Source of the DNA: an uncultured Gammaproteobacteria bacterium
Lineage (GTDB): Bacteria > Patescibacteriota > Microgenomatia > JAUYPR01
Assembly (NCBI GenBank): GCA_964372495.1
Contig: CAYJQU010000004.1
Location: 51,350 to 114,596 of the forward strand
Direction: 5' to 3'
DNA: 63,247 bases
Of the stretch, positions 19,379-28,107 are shown one piece after another; positions within the stretch are counted from its first letter, which is position 1, and every line of letters begins with the position of its first letter. The translations under genes were made by a program, and so were the position numbers. A model generated the notes under the pieces. The model made no database searches and was not told the DNA's origin. It worked only from the letters and a program-made list of their open reading frames with translations.

Positions 19379-20676
19379 TAGCGCACCAGTACGCGGGTGC
19401 GGAGAAAACGATACTGATTCGCAAGTACCCCGAGTGCAAATACAGAAAGCCCTACAAAGGCAAGCACAGGAACAATACCCAAGAGGTCTGCTAACTTGCC
19501 GGCAAACAACACAGGCACAATCGCAAGCCCTGAAATAGCCATATTGAGCGTAGCAAATACGCGCCCCTTTATCTGAGTGGGGGTATTCTCTTGCAACACA
19601 GTGAGAGCAATAATTTGGGTTAACACCGCAGCTAGTCCCAGAAGTATCGAGAGTAAGAACAGGCCCGTCCCCACCGTAAACGCCTGATTTAATGACCCCG
19701 CTACAGAATGAACGAATCTGCCACCTGCTATAAATGTGAGTATGCCAGGAGCAATTGCCATCAGAGTCAGTAGTATCCCGGCTGCTTGTATAGATCGAGC
19801 AACAATCACGCGTCGCGCCCAGACTTCGCTCAATCGTTTTGCAAGTAACGACCCTCCTACCATTCCCAGGCCCGTAGGCAGCATAACGAGAAAACTAGCC
19901 GAGGTACTGGGCACCCGAACCACCTGTTCCATAAAGCCGGGCATGAGCGACCCAATGACTCCCACCAGTGCTTGCGCAACGGTCAAGACGCCAATTGGGA
20001 CAGAAACAAACCGATGGGCGCGGATGAAGCGATACCCTTCCGAAAGCTCCCGCCGAACGCGCTCGGCAAGACTGCCAGCACCCCTGTGCTGCTCCGCCGT
20101 TTTGAGCGCCGGCAGCCGACTAACAGACCAGAGGCCAACCGCCACCGCAGCAATTGCTCCATAAAACGGTGCCTGCATGCCCAGCAGTACCACAATCGGG
20201 CCGGCCAGCGCATACCCAAGCAAAAACGACGCATTCAGCGTTAGCGAAAAAAGTGATTGCGCAATCAGCAAACCCTTCTTCTCAACGAGCGCCGGAATTG
20301 CTGAGGCCTCCGCGGGCATAAAGAACTGGGTGACGGAGCTGGTGACGAATGCAAGAAGGAGTAGAATCGTAATAGTTGGTGGCAAACTCACAAAGAGCAC
20401 CAACGTGGCTAATAAACAGGCATCGGTAATCAACATGACCGAACGTCTGTCGAAACTATCTGCCACCAGGCCTGCCACTATCCCAAACAGAATTGCCGGC
20501 AAAGTGAGACTCAATACTAAAAGCGATGTAGCTGTGGTGGACTCTGTCAGTTTCCACACGGAAAGGAGCAGGGTAAAGTTAACCATGTGATAAGAAAACT
20601 GCAGGCACACCTGATTGACCCAGAGCGAACGGAAGGGCCTGTTACTGAGTACTGCAGTGTACCGCGTTGGGCTCAT
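19378..20676 (-). CDS. MFS transporter
   Basis: It has about 12 hydrophobic segments, an N-terminal NRPFRSLWVNQ and the GLVADSFDRR loop motif. Confidence 0.8.
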   Translation of the reverse strand: MSPTRYTAVLSNRPFRSLWVNQVCLQFSYHMVNFTLLLSVWKLTESTTATSLLVLSLTLPAILFGIVAGLVADSFDRRSVMLITDACLLATLVLFVSLPPTITILLLLAFVTSSVTQFFMPAEASAIPALVEKKGLLIAQSLFSLTLNASFLLGYALAGPIVVLLGMQAPFYGAIAAVAVGLWSVSRLPALKTAEQHRGAGSLAERVRRELSEGYRFIRAHRFVSVPIGVLTVAQALVGVIGSLMPGFMEQVVRVPSTSASFLVMLPTGLGMVGGSLLAKRLSEVWARRVIVARSIQAAGILLTLMAIAPGILTFIAGGRFVHSVAGSLNQAFTVGTGLFLLSILLGLAAVLTQIIALTVLQENTPTQIKGRVFATLNMAISGLAIVPVLFAGKLADLLGIVPVLAFVGLSVFALGVLANQYRFLRTRVLVR

Positions 20677-21775
20677 TGTGCAATTGTACCAGAAGCGACT
20701 TCACTTGCTTTGCGAAACGTTCTTTGCTAAACCGTGTGGCGTGACGTTTCAGTAGCGCAGGGCTAAACGTGAGCGATGAGAACGTTTTCAAGGCGTCCTC
20801 AAATGCGTCGGCACTAAGGGTGTGCACTAAGATGCCGGTCTTGCCGTCAATCACCGTCTCCAGCACGCCTCCTGATGCATATGCAATCACTGGTTTACCG
20901 GCAGCCATAGCCTCTACTGGCACCATACCAAAGTCCTCCTCTTCCGCTGGGAACAACACCGCCTCGCACCCCTGATACAGCCCAATGAGCCGCTCATCGC
21001 TCACCTCTCCTAAGAAAGTGACATGCGGATATCTTTCTTTCAGCCGCTTATACTCTCTGCCAACTCCTGCTACAATTACCTGTACGTGTGCCTGCTGGCA
21101 TGCAGTAATCGCGACCTCCGCATGCTTTGCTCGTGCCAGACGAGATATCAGCAAAAAGTACGGGCGAGCCGGTTGTACTGCATAGACGGGAGTACTAAAC
21201 CGATCGATATCAATGGGCGGATATATGACTAAGGCATCCCGTCCATAATACCGCTTGATCCGAGCAGCCACCTCCTGTGAGTTCGCTACCAGCACATCTG
21301 GGCGTTGCGCAGCAGCAAAGTCATACAGTCGCAAAAAGTGGTTCGTTACGGTTGCAAAAAAGCGGGCAGCGCGATTTTCTTCCCAATTTCTCCCGGTTAT
21401 ATACCCATACAGAAATCGTGGTGGCGTATGGATGTAGCTTATGTGGCGCGTGTGTGGCTTAGTAAGAATGCCTTTGGTAAAATAGGAGCTCGTAGACGAG
21501 ATAACAAGATCATACTCGTCAAAACACCAGCGCTCCAAGAAAAATGGCGCGAGTATTCGATAAAAACTCATGAGCTTCTTAAAGAGCGGTAGGTACTGCA
21601 TGCCACTTTGGCGTATATCCCAGCTTGCCAAGCGGGTCGCGTGTGTGCCTAAACCAGAAACGTCAGCAACGATCGTATAAAGGGGGGCTTGGGGCCAAAG
21701 CTCATGCAACGCCTCCAGTACGCGCTCAGCTCCGCCATATTCGGTAAGATAGTCATGAACCAGCGCTACTCGCAT
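20642..21775 (-). CDS. Glycosyltransferase, GT4-like (GT-B fold)
   Basis: It has N-terminal VALVHDYLTEYGGAERV and a C-terminal EEDFGMVPVEAMAAGKPVIA (EX7E-type) motif. Confidence 0.8.
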   Translation of the reverse strand: MRVALVHDYLTEYGGAERVLEALHELWPQAPLYTIVADVSGLGTHATRLASWDIRQSGMQYLPLFKKLMSFYRILAPFFLERWCFDEYDLVISSTSSYFTKGILTKPHTRHISYIHTPPRFLYGYITGRNWEENRAARFFATVTNHFLRLYDFAAAQRPDVLVANSQEVAARIKRYYGRDALVIYPPIDIDRFSTPVYAVQPARPYFLLISRLARAKHAEVAITACQQAHVQVIVAGVGREYKRLKERYPHVTFLGEVSDERLIGLYQGCEAVLFPAEEEDFGMVPVEAMAAGKPVIAYASGGVLETVIDGKTGILVHTLSADAFEDALKTFSSLTFSPALLKRHATRFSKERFAKQVKSLLVQLHNEPNAVHCSTQ

Positions 21776-23997
21776 ACCAGCTTGTCTAAATCACCCCAAT
21801 TGGGTCCATGTCTTGCCTCCACCACGAGTGGCACCGATAGGGTAACAGCCCCTTCCATTAGTGCTTTGACACGACAACCAACTTCCGAAGTCTGTTGGGC
21901 TGGTACTTCAAGAAGTAGCTCATCGTGCACCTGTAGTATAATCGCGCTTTTGCTCTTACTGTCTACAAGCCAGGTATAGATTTCCATCATGGCTTTATTG
22001 ATAATGTCCGCAGCTGTACCTTGGATTGGAAAATTAATCGCCATGCGCTCGCCTGCTGCGCGGATACGGCCGTCACGGCTGGCAAGCTCGGGCATGAGTC
22101 TCTTGCGACCAAACAATGTTTCTACATACCCACGCTCCGTTGCCCTCTGCACGGTACGCTGCATGTATGCAAGAGCTTTTGGAAACTCGCTAAAGTAGCG
22201 ATCGATAAAATGCTGGGCAGTCTCATGATCAACATTTCCCAGACGGCTGCGCGTAAGGTTGGTAGCAAGCGAATGCGCCCCCATTCCGTACATCAGGCCA
22301 AATACGATCGTCTTTGCCGCTCTGCGTTGTTCCACCGTAACGGTATTAGGATCAACTTCAAATATGCGGCTGGCGGTAACGGTGTGAATGTCAAGGCCCT
22401 GCTCAAATGCTCGTTTTAGACCGAGGTCTTGGGCGATGTGGGCCATCACCCGAAGTTCAATTTGTGAGTAATCCGCTGACACCAACTCAAATCGTGGTGG
22501 TGCAATAACTGCGCGTCGCAGCCTCATGCCCCAGTCCCCTTTTATCGGGATATTTTGAATATTTGGGTCCGAAGAAGATAGGCGGCCTGTCACCGCCCCG
22601 CCCGCCCGAAATGTTGAATGAATACGGCTATCTTTGTCAATATGCCGAAACCAGGCGTCAATATAGGTTGACTTGAGCTTAAAAAGCTCTCGGTAGCTGA
22701 GTAAATGCTCGACACAGGGGTGCATACCAAATAAGCCGTGCAGAACCGACTCGTCGGTTGACCGTCCTGTTTTAGTCTTCTTCACGACAGGCAGATGCAG
22801 CTCGTCAAAGAGCACCTGACCTAGCTGTTTGGGAGAATTTAAGTTAAACTTGTGTCCGCAGGAAGCAAACACGTGTCGTTGTGTATCCTCAAGGTTACGG
22901 GTAACTTCCTTTTCAAGTCGCGCAAGGACAGGACGGCTGATGAGGATGCCTTTTTTGCTCATCGCCTCAAGAACCGGAGTAAGCATTTGATCTTGCTCAT
23001 GAGCCAAGGGAGGGTCAGACGGGACGGGCTCCGCGTCATTTTTCGACTTCTTGGAGGAGTGAGGCAAACGCTTGATGAGACTGCGAAACTCAAGCTCTTC
23101 AAACAGGACCTGTGCGCGCCCTCGATCGTAATCTGAAAGCGTGCAGTCGGCAAGACGCAAAGTGACTGGCGCGTCGGTTGCGATAGTGGCAAGTCTTTTG
23201 GAAAGCACCGCCGTCTCCGCATCAGTTATCAATTTCTTAGCAACAGGGCTTGGCACCTTGTCCAGTGAACGATACAGATCTTCGATATTACCAAACTGAG
23301 CAATCAACTTGGCCGCTGTTACTTCTCCAATACCCCGCACCCCCGGTATATTATCTGAGGAGTCTCCTGCGAGTCCTTTAAAATCTGCGAGGCGATGTGC
23401 GGGAAACCCATACTGTTTCTCAAACGCGGTTTCATCGTAGAGTATCGCATCTGCCAAACTTCCCTTTGGCATGAACACTTTCGTATGGGCATTGAGTAGT
23501 TGCAACGCATCGCGGTCGCCGGTAACAATGACCGTTTGTACCTTCTGCGCCGCGGCTTGTTTGGCAAGCGTTCCTATGAGATCATCTGCCTCATACCCAT
23601 CGACGCCAAAACTAGGAATATTGAGCGTCTCAACTATTTGATGCGTGCGAGGCAGTTGAGCGGCCAGTCCCTCGTCCATGCCCACACGGTGTGCCTTGTA
23701 CCCAACATAGTCAATATGGCGAAACGTGGGGGCCTTTCGATCCCAGCATACGGCAATATACTGAGGATCTAGTTCCTCAATGGTTCGCAGAAGCATCAGG
23801 GTGAAACCGTACACGGCATTGACTAGTTCTCCGGTTGACGTGGTCAGGGGAGGCATCGCGTGATATGCACGATGCAGTAGTGCGTTCCCGTCAATCAATA
23901 CAAACCGTTTACCACGTAAAAACGTTACTTTACGTGGTTTACGCGTGGACAACTGGCGACTTTTTTCTAGTGACACCGACGAGCTTTTCAAACTCAT
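21766..23997 (-). CDS. polA: DNA polymerase I lacking the 3'-5' exonuclease domain
   Basis: The 5' nuclease domain is present (LIDGNALLHRAYHA, GDSSDNIPGV). A linker of about 30 aa leads directly into the polymerase domain, with motifs DYSQIELR, RRAAKTIVFGLMYG and QVHDEL. Total length is 743 aa. The start is uncertain (overlap with the ftsH end). Confidence 0.9.
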   Translation of the reverse strand: MSLKSSSVSLEKSRQLSTRKPRKVTFLRGKRFVLIDGNALLHRAYHAMPPLTTSTGELVNAVYGFTLMLLRTIEELDPQYIAVCWDRKAPTFRHIDYVGYKAHRVGMDEGLAAQLPRTHQIVETLNIPSFGVDGYEADDLIGTLAKQAAAQKVQTVIVTGDRDALQLLNAHTKVFMPKGSLADAILYDETAFEKQYGFPAHRLADFKGLAGDSSDNIPGVRGIGEVTAAKLIAQFGNIEDLYRSLDKVPSPVAKKLITDAETAVLSKRLATIATDAPVTLRLADCTLSDYDRGRAQVLFEELEFRSLIKRLPHSSKKSKNDAEPVPSDPPLAHEQDQMLTPVLEAMSKKGILISRPVLARLEKEVTRNLEDTQRHVFASCGHKFNLNSPKQLGQVLFDELHLPVVKKTKTGRSTDESVLHGLFGMHPCVEHLLSYRELFKLKSTYIDAWFRHIDKDSRIHSTFRAGGAVTGRLSSSDPNIQNIPIKGDWGMRLRRAVIAPPRFELVSADYSQIELRVMAHIAQDLGLKRAFEQGLDIHTVTASRIFEVDPNTVTVEQRRAAKTIVFGLMYGMGAHSLATNLTRSRLGNVDHETAQHFIDRYFSEFPKALAYMQRTVQRATERGYVETLFGRKRLMPELASRDGRIRAAGERMAINFPIQGTAADIINKAMMEIYTWLVDSKSKSAIILQVHDELLLEVPAQQTSEVGCRVKALMEGAVTLSVPLVVEARHGPNWGDLDKLVCE
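23911..23938 (-). other. Perfect 10-bp hairpin immediately after the ftsH stop codon, inside the polA 5' region
   Basis: The arms are ACCACGTAAA (23911..23920) and TTTACGTGGT (23929..23938) with an 8-nt loop. The ftsH stop codon is at 23939..23941. It is not followed by a clear U-tract. Confidence 0.35.
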
Positions 23998-25807
23998 CTC
24001 CCTCGATAGTCTCTTTTTTCATGAGCTCCTCTGCTATGATATCCAGGATTTCGCGGTGTTTGACCAGTATATCTTTGGCCTTTTTGAAGTTCTCATCCAA
24101 AATACGGCGAATTTCTGTATCAATCTTGGCAGCCAAGTCCTGTGAGGTGTGGGAGCCCTCGAAGAGGTTACGCGGCCACACGGGTGCGTCGGAACTATTT
24201 GTGGTAGCAATAGGTCCCAGTTTACTCATGCCGTACTCGGCTACCATCTGGCGAACGATCGCGTTTGCTTTATCCAAATCCGACGCAGCGCCCACGGTGT
24301 ATTCATTAAACACGAGCTCCTCCGCTGCGCGGCCTCCAAGAAGTGACGTAACTATTTGGAGCAGGCGCGTTCTTGTTTCATTATACCGATCAACCGCAGG
24401 AGGAATCATAGTATGCCCCAGCGACATGCCCCGACTCACGATCGATACACGGTGCACCGGGTCCATACCAGGAAGCATGCGTGCTACCAAGGCGTGACCT
24501 CCTTCATGGTACGCCGTCATGCGGCGATCTTCCTCTGATTGTAAGCGCTTGCGCTGCGGACCCATCTTCACCTTCGTAGCCGCCTCCTCAAGGTCATGAG
24601 CCCCGATTGTTTTCTTGCCCTGCCTGGCAGCCAGAATCGCGGCCTCGTTGAGCATGTTTGCCAAATCAGCTCCCGAGAATCCAACAGTACGGCGCGCAAC
24701 CTGATCCCAATTGACATCCTCTGAAAATGGCTTTCCCTTCTGGTGAATTGCCAAGATTGCCTTACGGCCCTCAATATCAGGCAGGTCAAGCAGTACCCGC
24801 CGGTCGAATCTACCAGGACGGATGAGCGCGACATCCAAGAGATCAGGACGATTGGTCGCAGCCACGACGATTACGTTATCGTTGGGAGTAAAGCCGTCCA
24901 TTTCTACCAAAATCTGATTGAGGGTCTGCTCACGTTCATCATGCCCCCCGGATATACCTATACCCCGCTGTCTGCCGATACTCTCTATCTCGTCAATGAA
25001 AATGATTGCCGGAGCGCTCTTTTTTGCCGTCAAAAAGAGATCACGAACACGACTAGCACCGACACCTACGAGCATTTCCATAAACTCTGAACCTGCCATC
25101 GAAAAGAACGGAACGCTGGCCTCCCCGGCCACCGAACGCGCCAAGAGCGTTTTACCGACACCGGCTGGACCGATCAAAAGCACACCTTTTGGGGTACGCG
25201 CGCCCAACGCCCGAAACTTCTCCGGCGTTTTGAGGAACTCGACTACCTCCTCAAGCTCTTTCTTGGCCTCATCTACGCCTGCCACGTCCGCAAACCGCAT
25301 GCGTGGCATATCCTTGGTGAATAGCTTGGCGCGCGACTGACCAAATGCAAAAAGGGAACTCCCTGCCTCACGGGCCTGGCGGAGGAGTAAGAAAAAAAAG
25401 AGTCCAATGAGCACAAGCGGGAGCACATCGCCCAGAATGCGTCCCCACATAAGCGCAATCGACTGATCCTTCACCGTAAAGGTTACGGATTTCGGGTCTA
25501 TATCAGAGGCCTTAAGTGTCTGGATAAAGCTTTCGTTGCTCTCGAGTGTGGTAAATGCTTCTTTGCCATCTTTGTACTGTAAAAACGCTTTTGATTCTTC
25601 TATCCGCACCGCTTTCACTTTTTCGCTTTTGATATCTTGGAGTGCCTGCGACAGTGCGATTTCCTCTCCTTTTCCAGCTGGCGCTGCCATGGTCCATACG
25701 GTAAAGAGCGCAATGAGCCCAACCGCCAGGTACACCACGACAGTTTTTAGGATATTACTCGGTTTGTGACGCTTTATCGGTCCATTCAGTATACGTTTCA
25801 TCGGCAA
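23939..25807 (-). CDS. ftsH: ATP-dependent zinc metalloprotease FtsH
   Basis: It has GPAGVGKT, the SRH region, the HEGGHA zinc site and an N-terminal TM pair. Confidence 0.95.
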   Translation of the reverse strand: MPMKRILNGPIKRHKPSNILKTVVVYLAVGLIALFTVWTMAAPAGKGEEIALSQALQDIKSEKVKAVRIEESKAFLQYKDGKEAFTTLESNESFIQTLKASDIDPKSVTFTVKDQSIALMWGRILGDVLPLVLIGLFFFLLLRQAREAGSSLFAFGQSRAKLFTKDMPRMRFADVAGVDEAKKELEEVVEFLKTPEKFRALGARTPKGVLLIGPAGVGKTLLARSVAGEASVPFFSMAGSEFMEMLVGVGASRVRDLFLTAKKSAPAIIFIDEIESIGRQRGIGISGGHDEREQTLNQILVEMDGFTPNDNVIVVAATNRPDLLDVALIRPGRFDRRVLLDLPDIEGRKAILAIHQKGKPFSEDVNWDQVARRTVGFSGADLANMLNEAAILAARQGKKTIGAHDLEEAATKVKMGPQRKRLQSEEDRRMTAYHEGGHALVARMLPGMDPVHRVSIVSRGMSLGHTMIPPAVDRYNETRTRLLQIVTSLLGGRAAEELVFNEYTVGAASDLDKANAIVRQMVAEYGMSKLGPIATTNSSDAPVWPRNLFEGSHTSQDLAAKIDTEIRRILDENFKKAKDILVKHREILDIIAEELMKKETIEGDEFEKLVGVTRKKSPVVHA

Positions 25808-25821
25808 TGATAAGAGTATCT

Positions 25822-26058
25822 TTAATGATCTTGAGGGTGAATAGCAATTTTCATGAGCGTTGAATCATGTACCTTTATCGAGAGGGAGGGAAACCGCTCC
25901 TGCATTAACGTGAGTCGGTCAAGTTGCTCCCACGAAAGGAGGCGGACTTGCTTGCCTTCCCAAGAAACTCCCACGAGGTTTTCTAGCGCCTCCCGCTCCA
26001 TGGGCAGGGCCGCATCGCCATGTAAACCTATTTCTACCTCAAGCAACTCCTCGTCCAT
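25822..26058 (-). CDS. Hypothetical small protein
   Basis: This 78-aa ORF lies between trpS and ftsH on the same strand with short gaps. I recognise no motif. Confidence 0.4.
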   Translation of the reverse strand: MDEELLEVEIGLHGDAALPMEREALENLVGVSWEGKQVRLLSWEQLDRLTLMQERFPSLSIKVHDSTLMKIAIHPQDH

Positions 26059-26072
26059 TGGCGACTATTCTA

Positions 26073-27080
26073 TCAAATAGCTCCAGGATGAACAAGGGGG
26101 AAGAGACCCATTTTGTGGCGAACCTCGACAAGTGTCTCCCGGGCAGTCGCCCGCGCTGCTTCTGTACTTGCTGTCAAGAGCGCACGCACTTCATCTGGAT
26201 GCCCGGCAAAGTACCGTCGGCGTTCTTGGAGGGGCCCGAGCTCCTGATAGATATCTCGCGCAAGTCGCTGCTTGAGTTCTACGTATTTGATCGTCCCAGC
26301 TTCATACGTTTGGCGAAAGTGCTTGATTGTATCTTCAGTAGAAAAGAGCTTAAGGAGCATAAAGAGGTTGGCAACCGGCCCCTCCTGGGGAACCGGCCCG
26401 CCTATTCTCCCACTATCTGTCGGTGCTTTGGCAAGCCGAGCTTCGATCTCCTCGAGAGTATCCGTGAGAATGATAAACGAACCCTCACGGCTTTTGCTCA
26501 TTTTTCCCTCTCCGGTAAGCGATGGAACATACTCTCCTGTGGTTGCGTACCGCTGGGGCTCCGGGAAGGTGTCTCCATACATACGATTAAATTTGCGAGC
26601 GACCTCACGCATTACCTCTAGGTGCGGCTCCTGGTCAATCCCAACTGGCACGAGTGAGGCTTTGTACAATAGAACATCGGCTGCCATCAGAATCGGGTAG
26701 TACAAGAGACCCACATTGACGTAGTCTGGATACTGCGCTTTCTTCTCCTTGTAGGTGGGAAGGTCCTCAATGCGAGCAAGCTGGTAAATAGTGGCCAAAT
26801 AGTAGGAAAGCTCTATTACTTCTGGAACGCGTGACTGGATAATGAGCTTGGCTTTCTGTGGGTCAATGCCGGCCGCAAGGTAGTCAAGCACCACCTCATG
26901 AATTGCCGGCTGCAACTCCCTTGGAGCGTAGGGCACGGTGATAGTATGGAGATCCATGATGCCAAAGATACATTCATGGGTTTCTTGTAATTCAAGCATC
27001 CCCTTAATCGCACCATAATAGTTCCCTAGGTGCAGCCGCCCAGTGGCGCGTATGCCAGAGAAGACTTTCTTGTTCTGCAT
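26073..27080 (-). CDS. trpS: Tryptophan--tRNA ligase
   Basis: It has GRLHLGNYYGA (HIGH-type) and KMSKS. The 335-aa length matches class Ic TrpRS. The Shine-Dalgarno sequence AAGGGAG lies upstream. Confidence 0.95.
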   Translation of the reverse strand: MQNKKVFSGIRATGRLHLGNYYGAIKGMLELQETHECIFGIMDLHTITVPYAPRELQPAIHEVVLDYLAAGIDPQKAKLIIQSRVPEVIELSYYLATIYQLARIEDLPTYKEKKAQYPDYVNVGLLYYPILMAADVLLYKASLVPVGIDQEPHLEVMREVARKFNRMYGDTFPEPQRYATTGEYVPSLTGEGKMSKSREGSFIILTDTLEEIEARLAKAPTDSGRIGGPVPQEGPVANLFMLLKLFSTEDTIKHFRQTYEAGTIKYVELKQRLARDIYQELGPLQERRRYFAGHPDEVRALLTASTEAARATARETLVEVRHKMGLFPLVHPGAI

Positions 27081-27121
27081 AATTTCTCCCTTTATTCTAC
27101 TTGAAACTTATATTCTTCACC

Positions 27122-27159
27122 ATGCCAACTCTATGCCAACTCTATTCTATGCCAACTCT
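27122..27159 (-). repeat. Three direct copies of an 11-mer (sense AGAGTTGGCAT) in the trpS 5' leader
   Basis: Copies lie at 27122..27132, 27133..27143 and 27149..27159. The first two are in tandem and the third follows a 5-nt spacer. The block ends 41 nt upstream of the trpS ATG. Confidence 0.9.
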
Positions 27160-27244
27160 CGTGCTCGCGACAAAAATGCGCAATAGCAGAACTTTGGCGA
27201 TTTACTACCAGGAGTATTGCTTTTGTCTCGCCCTTGCTACAGTA

Positions 27245-27272
27245 TTCATAATGTCAGCGTACGGTTTGTCAA
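27245..27272 (-). promoter_or_regulatory. Candidate trpS promoter
   Basis: It reads TTGACA (27267..27272), a 16-nt spacer, then TATGAA (27245..27250). This gives a leader of about 155 nt that contains a long hairpin and the 11-mer repeats. Confidence 0.5.
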
Positions 27273-27276
27273 GAGC

Positions 27277-27825
27277 CTACCGCAAAAAGTGGAAGCGGTC
27301 GCGGAAGGTGTTCCAAGAAACCCATTCGTCGTGCTCCTCGTGAGCGACGGTAAACTCAACGGTGACCGCAAGGCCATTATACACAAAGTCTGTCAGCATC
27401 CCGGTTCGTTTTACTCCATCGCGGTACAACCGCTGGCGCGCCCTTTCCCCATCTATCCACACTTCCCTATCCTCCACAAGATCGCCTGCAACCGCAAAGC
27501 TTACGGGAAATGCACCGGTCCACACCCGCAGACGTGCGCCGCCATTATCTTCTGCAATAAATGCACTTGCTTTCGCTTTTTCGGTACGCTCAACGATCTG
27601 CCAATGGGAGGGGTAGTAGAACGCGTAGCCGTCTAGGGAATTGGCGTAGATCGCCCAATTCTCAGGAGTCTGTGGCAGAGGCGACGGAGACGGTGCTATC
27701 GCTACCTCAGATGTGGCGATGGTAGGCTGCGTTGGACGTATGACAAGAGAAAGCGCTGCCCCAGTACTGGCAATCATGAGGACAACAACGGAAATGAGGA
27801 ATCGCTTTGGTGTAAAAAACCACAT
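27277..27825 (-). CDS. Hypothetical membrane-anchored/exported protein
   Basis: It has an N-terminal TM/signal anchor (FLISVVVLMIASTGAALSLVI). The start is moved to ATG 27825 because the ORF-track N-terminus would run antisense into the tRNA-like gene. Confidence 0.5.
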   Translation of the reverse strand: MWFFTPKRFLISVVVLMIASTGAALSLVIRPTQPTIATSEVAIAPSPSPLPQTPENWAIYANSLDGYAFYYPSHWQIVERTEKAKASAFIAEDNGGARLRVWTGAFPVSFAVAGDLVEDREVWIDGERARQRLYRDGVKRTGMLTDFVYNGLAVTVEFTVAHEEHDEWVSWNTFRDRFHFLR

Positions 27826-27872
27826 CGTGCTGTGGCATCCTATTGTAGCATAAAGCGGCAATTTGGGAATAG

Positions 27873-27881
27873 TGATATAAT
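27873..27881 (+). promoter_or_regulatory. Extended -10 element TGATATAAT 5 nt upstream of the tRNA-like gene
   Basis: TGATATAAT is followed by tacgt and then position 1 of the cloverleaf. The predicted transcription start therefore coincides with the 5' end of the tRNA-like gene. Confidence 0.4.
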
Positions 27882-27886
27882 TACGT

Positions 27887-27956
27887 TGCGGGGTAGTGTA
27901 GAGTTGCACAGGAGGCTCATAATCTCCTAGGCCAGGCGCGACTCCTGGCCCCGCAA
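27887..27956 (+). tRNA. tRNA-like gene, anticodon CAU, non-canonical D and T loops
   Basis: All four stems pair fully: acceptor 7 bp (TGCGGGG/CCCCGCA), D 4 bp (GTGT/GCAC), anticodon 5 bp (GGAGG/TCTCC) with loop CTCATAA, and T 5 bp (CCAGG/CCTGG). The D loop is 6 nt without GG, and the T loop is CGCGACT instead of TTCRANY. No CCA is encoded. Confidence 0.45.
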
Positions 27957-28107
27957 CACAGTTGCAATCGGTGTACTTCGTAAAGCGTCTTCTCAGAATG
28001 TATCCGTTAAGCCAAAGTTTGGCATGCGATACGCTTCATTTTATAGTCTGCACGACTCTACAGTATACCAGTACACATTGACCAACTAGTGTATAATTCT
28101 GCATAGA

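Noticed and set aside
27122-27159. The triple 11-mer repeat considered as a possible mini-CRISPR array.
   Set aside because: The repeats are only 11 nt long, two are directly adjacent with no spacer, and no cas genes are present. The location in the trpS leader points to a regulatory element instead.
27081-27276. A canonical T-box riboswitch upstream of trpS.
   Set aside because: I could not find the conserved T-box sequence (AGGGUGGNACCGCG), the AG bulge, a distal-loop motif, or a specifier loop with UGG followed by a purine. The observation is kept only as a non-canonical hypothesis in the findings.
27826-27909. The N-terminal 28 codons of ORF 27277..27909.
   Set aside because: This extension would run antisense through the predicted promoter and 5' half of the tRNA-like gene. 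The internal ATG at 27825 precedes the hydrophobic anchor and gives a sensible protein.
28078-28097. TTGACC plus TATAAT as a standard promoter pair for the sigma-region-4 gene.
   Set aside because: The spacer between the two hexamers is only 8 nt, which is incompatible with sigma70 geometry. Only the TATAAT box (28092..28097) may be relevant.
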